Assembly: GCF_051201565.1 (NCBI RefSeq)
Contig: NZ_CP179200.1
Coordinates: 300,001 to 332,000, forward strand
DNA: 32,000 nt
Reading direction: 5' to 3'
Source: Pseudothioglobus sp. nBUS_23
Lineage (GTDB): Bacteria; Pseudomonadota; Gammaproteobacteria; PS1; Pseudothioglobaceae
Positions 18,116-24,306 of the stretch are shown in pieces (the stretch's first letter is position 1; every line of letters starts with the position of its first letter). Position numbers and translations under genes: made by a program. The notes below the pieces were generated by a model that was given only the letters and a program-made list of their open reading frames with translations, had not been told where the DNA came from and did no database searches.

Positions 18116-19201
18116 TTATTGAGCCATCCAAGCAGCATAACGATCATTTACAGCTTGACCATTATCAGCCCACCAGTCTGGATCAGCTAAGATACCACCT
18201 TTCATGTGCTCCGCCGTATTAGGCATGTGCTCCATAATGTTTACGCCAGTGTTAAACCACGGCTCGCCTGCTTCCATTACAGGAAGTGCAGATAGACGCA
18301 TAGGACCATAGTTAATCCACTTGGCTTGATCAGCTTGTGCTTGAGTGCTTGAAGCATGAACTAGGAAGTGAAGAGCTGCAGCTCTGTTTGGAGCTCCATT
18401 CATCAAAACTAACCATTCCTCTTCAAGAACTTGACCATCCCATACAGGAACGTAGTCTGCACCATCATTCAAGATAGCACCACCAACGCGACCGTTGTAA
18501 GCTAGTGACATTGAAACCTCACCAGAGTTAACTAGATCCAATGGCTTTGCACCTGAAGACCAAAATACTACGTGGTCTTTAATTGTATCAAGTTTGTCAA
18601 AAACCATATCTTGACCTTCTTGAGTACTCAAGACATCATAGATATCTGGAATAGCTACACCACTTGCATACAATGCCATCTCAACTATACCATTTCCCCA
18701 TGTATGAACACCGCGCTTTCCAGGAAACTTCTCTACATCAAAGAAGTCATGAATAGTTGAAGGTTGCTCACCTGAGAATGTGTCAGCTTTATGGAATGGT
18801 ACATATGACCACCATATTTGTGGAACTACACAATCGTTTGGAACTGGAACCATTGTATCTTCATCCATTGGTGTTCCATCAGGCGCAGGAAGGAAGATGC
18901 TACGATCTAACTCTTCAAATAGTCCTTCATCACAACCCGTTCTAGCTTGAGATGGGAGTACGTCGACGATATCCCATACAACATTACCAGACTCTACTTG
19001 AGCGCGAACTTCACCTAGACCACCATTGTAACTGATCAAATTAATATCTCCACTTGAGTAAGTGTCGATATAGGCTTTTTGTTGAGAGGCTGAGTAGCCA
19101 CCACCCCAAGAAACCATTGTGACATCTGCTTGCGCAGCGCCAGCCAACATTGCTGTTGAAATAGCACTTGCTACCAGAGTTTTTGTTATTACATTTTTCA
19201 T
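18116..19201 (-). CDS. Periplasmic substrate-binding protein, PotD/PotF-like (family 1 solute-binding), ligand unknown
   Basis: 361 aa. Signal peptide ending AGAAQA|D, then the VSWGGGY.. motif seen in COG0687-type binding proteins. Confidence 0.85.
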   Translation of the reverse strand: MKNVITKTLVASAISTAMLAGAAQADVTMVSWGGGYSASQQKAYIDTYSSGDINLISYNGGLGEVRAQVESGNVVWDIVDVLPSQARTGCDEGLFEELDRSIFLPAPDGTPMDEDTMVPVPNDCVVPQIWWSYVPFHKADTFSGEQPSTIHDFFDVEKFPGKRGVHTWGNGIVEMALYASGVAIPDIYDVLSTQEGQDMVFDKLDTIKDHVVFWSSGAKPLDLVNSGEVSMSLAYNGRVGGAILNDGADYVPVWDGQVLEEEWLVLMNGAPNRAAALHFLVHASSTQAQADQAKWINYGPMRLSALPVMEAGEPWFNTGVNIMEHMPNTAEHMKGGILADPDWWADNGQAVNDRYAAWMAQ

Positions 19202-19231
19202 TTATATTTCTCCTTAAATTAAGTCTAGACT

Positions 19232-20320
19232 CTATCCATCAAGAGCTAGACAGTCCTCCGACATCCAACCGATATTTACTTCTTTGCCCTCTTTGAGACT
19301 GACATTACCAATTGAATTTGGAATTTTGACGATAAAATCGTCGTGTCCACACACGTTAAAGCGAGTGCGAATATGGTCGCCATGATAGATTAATTCTTCT
19401 ACCTTGGCTGAATAAGTATTTGGTGTTTTACCTTTTGAAGGTGAAACTATAATTCTCTCGGGCCTTAGTGACAGCGTGGCTCTCTCACCAGCCTTATTGA
19501 CATTAACCTTTGAGGCTACAACTATATCACCCGAATCAGTTTTGACTGTTGCTTTGTCACCGTCTATAGATTCTACAGTACCCATGAGGCGATTATTCTC
19601 ACCAATGAAGTTTGCAACGAAAGCGTTCTCTGGTTTTTCATAGAGATTCTCTGGTGATGCGCACTGCTGAACAACTCCATCATCAAAAACCGCGATTCGG
19701 TTTGACATGGTAAGTGCTTCAGTTTGGTCATGAGTTACATAAACGACCGTTAAGCCTAACTCTTCATGCAAATGTTTGATTTCATACTGCATTTGTTCTC
19801 TCAAGTTTTTGTCAAGTGCCCCCAATGGCTCATCCATCAGGACTAAATCCGGATCAAAGACTAAAGATCTGGCAACAGCAACCCTTTGCTGCTGACCACC
19901 TGATAACTGCATAGGACGTCTGTTACCAAATTCTCCAAGCTGCACCATGTCAAGTGCACGGTTAACCTTTGCCTCTCTCTCAGATTTGTCCATTTTTCGA
20001 ACTTCTAAAGGAAACGCTAAGTTCTCTGCAACAGTCATATGAGGGAAGAGTGCATAATTCTGGAATACCATACCAATACCTCTCTTGTGAGGCGGCACAT
20101 TATTAATAGGCTTGTCCTTTAAATAGATTGTTCCATTTGTGGTTGGCTCAAATCCAGCAAGCATCATCAGGCAGGTCGTCTTTCCAGAGCCTGACGGTCC
20201 AAGCATAGTAACAAATTCACCCTTGGCAACATCTAGGTTGAAATCTTTGACAACTAGAACTTCACCATCATAACTTTTTTGAACATTTTCAAACTTTACT
20301 AACGGATTTGAATTACTCAT
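19232..20320 (-). CDS. ABC importer ATP-binding protein, PotA-like
   Basis: Walker A GPSGSGKTT, LSGGQQQR, LVLMDEPLGALD, and a C-terminal TOBE-like regulatory domain. Confidence 0.9.
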   Translation of the reverse strand: MSNSNPLVKFENVQKSYDGEVLVVKDFNLDVAKGEFVTMLGPSGSGKTTCLMMLAGFEPTTNGTIYLKDKPINNVPPHKRGIGMVFQNYALFPHMTVAENLAFPLEVRKMDKSEREAKVNRALDMVQLGEFGNRRPMQLSGGQQQRVAVARSLVFDPDLVLMDEPLGALDKNLREQMQYEIKHLHEELGLTVVYVTHDQTEALTMSNRIAVFDDGVVQQCASPENLYEKPENAFVANFIGENNRLMGTVESIDGDKATVKTDSGDIVVASKVNVNKAGERATLSLRPERIIVSPSKGKTPNTYSAKVEELIYHGDHIRTRFNVCGHDDFIVKIPNSIGNVSLKEGKEVNIGWMSEDCLALDG

Positions 20321-20577
20321 AAATAAACATTTTCAAAGAAAAAAAATTCTTAGATGAAATTAACCATCTGTCTCTATTTAATTGAGGATTGAAATTACAT
20401 CAAACTCACAATATAAATTTACTTTATTAAAAGCCTTTTGTAAAGAAAAAAGTGAGTTTAATTCAACAAACTTCTAACTATTAAATCGGAATATACCATA
20501 TTGATTAGAGTGAATGTTTCTAATATTGGAACAAATTTTGCTTCATTAATTTAAATAATAATCATGTTAATGAATTA

Positions 20578-20603
20578 ATAAAAAAGGGTGGATACACCAC
20601 CCT
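20578..20603 (-). terminator. Rho-independent terminator after the NCS2 permease gene
   Basis: AGGGTGG-ATACA-CCACCCT stem-loop. On the minus strand it is followed by TTTTTATT. It is also flanked by Ts on the plus strand. Confidence 0.65.
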
Positions 20604-20622
20604 TTTTCTTAAATGTGTCCAG

Positions 20623-22017
20623 CTAGTCTTCTTGCTTTTCACCCATAATGGCACTTAAAATTAGAACAGTTAGACCACCTGTTGTAATTGCTGAGCTAAA
20701 AATACTGCCCATAAGCTTACCAAATGTGCCACCAATATTACTGGCTAAAGCGCCTGCAAACTGAGGCACAAGAAGCACGCCAAGGCCCATGCCAAAAGAA
20801 ACAGCTAGAATCAGCATGTTGCGACGATTCATGTTCACAGTAGATAGGATTTTGATACCTGCTATTGCCACGGTTCCAAACATCACAATAGTTGCCCCAC
20901 CAAGCACAGAGGCTGGTAGTGCTCTCAGAAGAGAGCCAATATGTGGGAACAATCCCATGACGATTAGTATTCCACCAATCCATACACCGACATGACGACT
21001 AGCAATACCCGTCAGCTGAATGACACCATTATTTTGACTAAAAGTAGTATTAGGGAAAGTGTTAAATACAGCTGCAATTGCAGAGTTTACGCCGTCACCG
21101 AGAACACCATTTTTAATGCGATTAATGTATCCCTCTCCTTTTACTTCCTGCTTTGAGATCATACAGTTTGCCGTTATATCACCCGAAGACTCAATTGCCG
21201 TTATGACGTAAATCAAGGCAATTGGTATAAAAGCAATAATATCAAAATCAAAACCATATCGAAAAGGTATGGGTATGCTGATTGACTCCTGCACAGCAAA
21301 AACCTGACTTGTGTTTACCTCACCCATGACTAGAGCAACAATAAAACCAATAACAAGACCGATAACGATCGATGACAATCGAATCCATTGATTGCTAGAG
21401 CGATTCAATATGATGATTGAAATCATGACTATAAATCCAAGAGCAATTTTAGATAGTGATCCCCAAAACTCTGGCTTATTATCTAGCAACCACTGTCCGC
21501 CTCCTAGATCAGTTAAACCGACCTTAATAAGGCTAATACCAATAATAGTTATTACCGTTCCTGTAACTATTGGTGTTATAAGTTTTCTAAGCTGTGGCAG
21601 AAATTGACTTAGTCCAATCTCTATAAACGCACCTAAAAAACAGACGCCCATAATCATTGCTAAGATCTCTTCTGGTCCTCCACCTGCAGCTTTGGCTAAA
21701 AAACCAGCAGCAAGAACAGAGCTAAGAAAAGCAAAACTTGTTCCTTGAACGCAAATCATTCCAGCACCCACATTCATCGGCTTTTTTGCTTGAATGATAG
21801 TGCCAACACCAGATACCATTAACGCCATACTGATTAAGTATGGGATTTGCTCACCCAGTCCTAAAGCACCACCTATAATCAAAGTCGGAGTTATAACGCC
21901 TACAAAGCTTGCAAGCACATGTTGAAGTGCAGCAAAGAATTTTTCAGCGTTTGGCGGATTTGCCTCTAACTCATAAATCAACTCTGAATCTTGAGTTTCT
22001 ACATTACTCATATTCAT
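20623..22017 (-). CDS. Nucleobase:cation symporter-2 (NAT) family permease, xanthine-permease-like (XanQ/XanP type)
   Basis: 464 aa and polytopic. ALQHVLASFVG and the NAT signature TFSQNNGVIQLTGIASRHVG closely parallel the E. coli XanQ motif QNNGVIQMTG. The second ATG at 22011 has better spacing to the AAGGGG Shine-Dalgarno-like element. Confidence 0.82.
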   Translation of the reverse strand: MNMSNVETQDSELIYELEANPPNAEKFFAALQHVLASFVGVITPTLIIGGALGLGEQIPYLISMALMVSGVGTIIQAKKPMNVGAGMICVQGTSFAFLSSVLAAGFLAKAAGGGPEEILAMIMGVCFLGAFIEIGLSQFLPQLRKLITPIVTGTVITIIGISLIKVGLTDLGGGQWLLDNKPEFWGSLSKIALGFIVMISIIILNRSSNQWIRLSSIVIGLVIGFIVALVMGEVNTSQVFAVQESISIPIPFRYGFDFDIIAFIPIALIYVITAIESSGDITANCMISKQEVKGEGYINRIKNGVLGDGVNSAIAAVFNTFPNTTFSQNNGVIQLTGIASRHVGVWIGGILIVMGLFPHIGSLLRALPASVLGGATIVMFGTVAIAGIKILSTVNMNRRNMLILAVSFGMGLGVLLVPQFAGALASNIGGTFGKLMGSIFSSAITTGGLTVLILSAIMGEKQED

Positions 22018-22038
22018 CCCCTTTTTGTTGTTTATAAA

Positions 22039-22061
22039 TTGCTAACAATCATTGTTAACAA
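22039..22061. promoter_or_regulatory. Candidate operator: 23-bp palindrome made of two 10-bp TTG(C/T)TAACAA boxes
   Basis: TTGCTAACAA-TCA-TTGTTAACAA, with 10 of 11 arm positions symmetric. It lies 22-44 nt upstream of the permease start codon. Confidence 0.3.
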
Positions 22062-22114
22062 AGAAAATATTACCATAATTTATTTATGGTTATTATTTTT
22101 ATTTAAAAATAATA

Positions 22115-22131
22115 AAGTGAGAGATTCACTT
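22115..22131 (-). terminator. Weak hairpin plus T-rich tract downstream of tRNA-Leu
   Basis: On the minus strand, AAGTGA-ATCTC-TCACTT followed by TATTATTTTT. The stem is only 6 bp. Confidence 0.35.
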
Positions 22132-22161
22132 AAAAAAGAGAAAAATAAATATTTTAAGAAA

Positions 22162-22250
22162 TGGTGCCCGGGGCCGGAATCGAACCGGCACGGAGTTTAA
22201 CCTCCGCAGGATTTTAAGTCCTGTGTGTCTACCAATTTCACCACCCGGGC
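22162..22250 (-). tRNA. tRNA-Leu (anticodon UAA), class II with long variable arm and encoded CCA
   Basis: Manual cloverleaf: acceptor GCCCGGG/CCCGGGC; D-arm GTG..CAC; anticodon stem CAGGA/TCCTG with loop CTTAAAA; variable stem CGGAG/CTCCG; T-arm GCCGG-TTCGATT-CCGGC; discriminator A plus CCA. Confidence 0.95.
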
Positions 22251-22329
22251 AGAGATGTTTGGAGAACGGCAAATTATATACTATCGATATTATTTTTTTT
22301 ATCAATTATCGATTCTGAAAAGTCTATAG

Positions 22330-23247
22330 TTAAAATCTTGAATCAAGCCAATTCATAAATTCTTTTGTTGTCTGATCCCTGTTCACTTCATTAAGACTTT
22401 CATGGCGAGTATTATCTAAAATGTTACAAGTAATATCAGATAGCCCATTATTTTTGAGCTTGAGGGCTAGTTTTTCCATATCTTTTCCATTATTGGTGCA
22501 GGGATCTATTCCGCCACCAAGAATATGAACTGGAAGATTTTTATTCAACTTAATCAAATTTTTTTGATTACCCGCAAAAAAAACACCCTCTAGGATATCT
22601 CTCCACATCGATATGGAAGCTTCAAATCCACAAAGTGAATCATTGACATAAAGATCCACCTCTTTGTCATCCTGAGAGAGCCAATCAAAATCCGTTCGGT
22701 TAGGTTTAAACTTTGAATTCCAAGCACCAAAGGAAAGTTTCCAAGCAATTAGGCTTGGCAGATTAGGATCCCTAAAGAATGACTCTACAGATAAGATAAT
22801 ACGAGAAGCTCGCGGCAATATTCCTATTTCAATTCCACTATTCCAGCAGGCAAGACCGTTAATCATTTTTGGGTATCGCAGAGCAAAGTTTAAATTAATG
22901 ATTGAGCCAAGAGAGTGACCAAAACAAATGATTGGTTTGTTTGGATGCCTCCTTTTTGCAATGGTGATCACATCATTTTGATCTTTTAAAATAGCTTGAA
23001 AACCATTTGAATCAGCGAAAACACCTTGAGGTGCATCCTCTGCTTCAGTATGACCATGACCCCTTATATCATGACTATAAACTGCAAAACCCGATTGACA
23101 TAATTCGCTCGCAAATCGTGAGTACCTTAATGCATGCTCCACCATTCCATGAGCAATATGAATGATTGCCTTTACTTCTTTTTGAGGTAGAAGACTATAG
23201 ACATTTAATTTTGCACCTGTCGAACTGATGAGGGTTTCACTATTCAT
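22330..23247 (-). CDS. Alpha/beta hydrolase (lysophospholipase/monoacylglycerol-lipase-like)
   Basis: 305 aa. HGMVEHALRY, the GHSLGS nucleophile elbow, and a C-terminal His region typical of the lysophospholipase-type alpha/beta fold. Confidence 0.8.
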   Translation of the reverse strand: MNSETLISSTGAKLNVYSLLPQKEVKAIIHIAHGMVEHALRYSRFASELCQSGFAVYSHDIRGHGHTEAEDAPQGVFADSNGFQAILKDQNDVITIAKRRHPNKPIICFGHSLGSIINLNFALRYPKMINGLACWNSGIEIGILPRASRIILSVESFFRDPNLPSLIAWKLSFGAWNSKFKPNRTDFDWLSQDDKEVDLYVNDSLCGFEASISMWRDILEGVFFAGNQKNLIKLNKNLPVHILGGGIDPCTNNGKDMEKLALKLKNNGLSDITCNILDNTRHESLNEVNRDQTTKEFMNWLDSRF

Positions 23248-23316
23248 GCATTTAAGTATTAAAACAATAAAATGAACAATTAGTATAAATGATTTAATTG
23301 ATTCTCTAAAAATTAA

Positions 23317-23344
23317 TTGAGAGTCACCCTAAGCCTTTTATAAT
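23317..23344 (+). promoter_or_regulatory. Candidate sigma70 promoter for the PP0621-like/yciB/RNB genes: TTGAGA, 16 nt, TATAAT
   Basis: The -35 matches TTGACA at 5 of 6 positions, the -10 is perfect, and the spacer is 16 nt. It lies about 55 nt upstream of the TTG start at 23404. Confidence 0.4.
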
Positions 23345-23403
23345 GCGCCTCAATTATTATGTAAAATTTGGCCTTAAGATATTAAAAATATAAAGGTATA
23401 GCT

Positions 23404-23610
23404 TTGTTTATTAAATTAATTCTAGTTCTGCTTTTGGGTTGGATTGGGTTTAGTCTTATGAAGAGATTTAAGCAGAATAATCCTTCAGTTTCAAAGAGTG
23501 CAAAAGGTCAAAAAATGATCGCTTGTGATGCCTGCGACACTCATGTTCCTGAGTCTGATGTCATTGTAAAAAACGGTAAAAATTATTGTTCTAAGGAACA
23601 TGTGGAGTAA
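23404..23610 (+). CDS. Small membrane-anchored zinc-ribbon protein (PP0621-family-like)
   Basis: 68 aa. N-terminal TM helix followed by a basic patch. C-terminal CDACDTHVP...NYCSKEH Cys/His cluster. Inferred TTG start with AAGG 6 nt upstream. Confidence 0.6.
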   Translation: MFIKLILVLLLGWIGFSLMKRFKQNNPSVSKSAKGQKMIACDACDTHVPESDVIVKNGKNYCSKEHVE

Positions 23611-23616
23611 ATTGTT

Positions 23617-24276
23617 ATGAAGTTTCTTTTGGATTTTGGTCCTATCATTTTGTTTTTCATAGTCTATAAGTACTATGGTCTCTATGCAGCAATCTACGCA
23701 ATGATTGCCTCAACATTTGTTCAAATAATGTATTCGAGATTTAGTACTGGCAAATTTGTCACCTCTCAGGTACTCACATTTGCCCTTCTTGTGGTATTTG
23801 GAGGCATTAGTATTGTTTTGAGAGATCCTGCATTTGTGATGTGGAAGGTCAGTGTCTTATACGTTATTTTCGCGGCAGTTCTTATTGGTAGCAATTACGT
23901 TGGAAGTAAAACTTTGCTTGAGAGAATGATGGGTAAGGAGCTTCAGTTGCCTAGGACTACTTGGGTAAATCTGACGTGGTTTTGGAGCCTTGGATTTATT
24001 ATTATTGCTGCAATTAACGCTTTTTTTGTAAATATTGCTTTGACTGCGCGCAATCAATTTTTAAATAGTGGCGCCCAGATTGACCCAAAAATAGATTTAG
24101 CTAACTTTGATTGTAGTCAAAGCCCCATTGAGAGTCTTTGCATTTCTGCGCAGAGCTCAGAGGAAGCTTGGGTAAACTTTAAACTGTTTGGAACTTTAGG
24201 GCTGACTCTTGTTTTGATAGTGATTACAGTTTTGATGTTAAGTAAACATATCAAAGAGAAACAAACTGAAAACTAA
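23617..24276 (+). CDS. yciB: Intracellular septation protein A (YciB/IspZ) with a lineage-specific loop insertion
   Basis: Collinear with E. coli YciB (F.P..LFF..YK, VVFGG, MGKEL.LP, WVNFKLFG) but 219 aa versus 179 aa. Confidence 0.88.
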   Translation: MKFLLDFGPIILFFIVYKYYGLYAAIYAMIASTFVQIMYSRFSTGKFVTSQVLTFALLVVFGGISIVLRDPAFVMWKVSVLYVIFAAVLIGSNYVGSKTLLERMMGKELQLPRTTWVNLTWFWSLGFIIIAAINAFFVNIALTARNQFLNSGAQIDPKIDLANFDCSQSPIESLCISAQSSEEAWVNFKLFGTLGLTLVLIVITVLMLSKHIKEKQTEN

Positions 24277-24306
24277 TAGCTATTCTAACTAGACCGATTT
24301 TAAAAT

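Noticed and set aside
22018-22161. Purine (guanine/xanthine) riboswitch upstream of the NCS2 permease.
   Set aside because: The region is almost devoid of G/C and cannot form the conserved three-helix purine aptamer. No matching conserved core was recognisable. This was checked by eye only, so an Rfam scan would be the formal test.
21991-22200. 69-aa ORF (MSFYITHIH...KKWCPGPESNRHGV).
   Set aside because: It starts antisense inside the NCS2 gene start, runs through an almost pure A/T spacer, and ends by reading the complement of the tRNA-Leu gene. It is low-complexity, has no Shine-Dalgarno sequence, and is an artefact of ORF calling.
22162-22250. tRNA-Leu as a genomic-island integration site.
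   Set aside because: There is no integrase on either side. The GC-rich tRNA 3' segment (TTCGATTCCGGCCCCGGGCACCA) has no second copy anywhere in the window. The flanking genes are ordinary transport and hydrolase genes.
22251-22329. Promoter for tRNA-Leu (TTGATA ... TATATAAT on the minus strand).
   Set aside because: The hexamers are present, but the spacer is 19-21 nt, too long for a confident sigma70 call. It is left unannotated.
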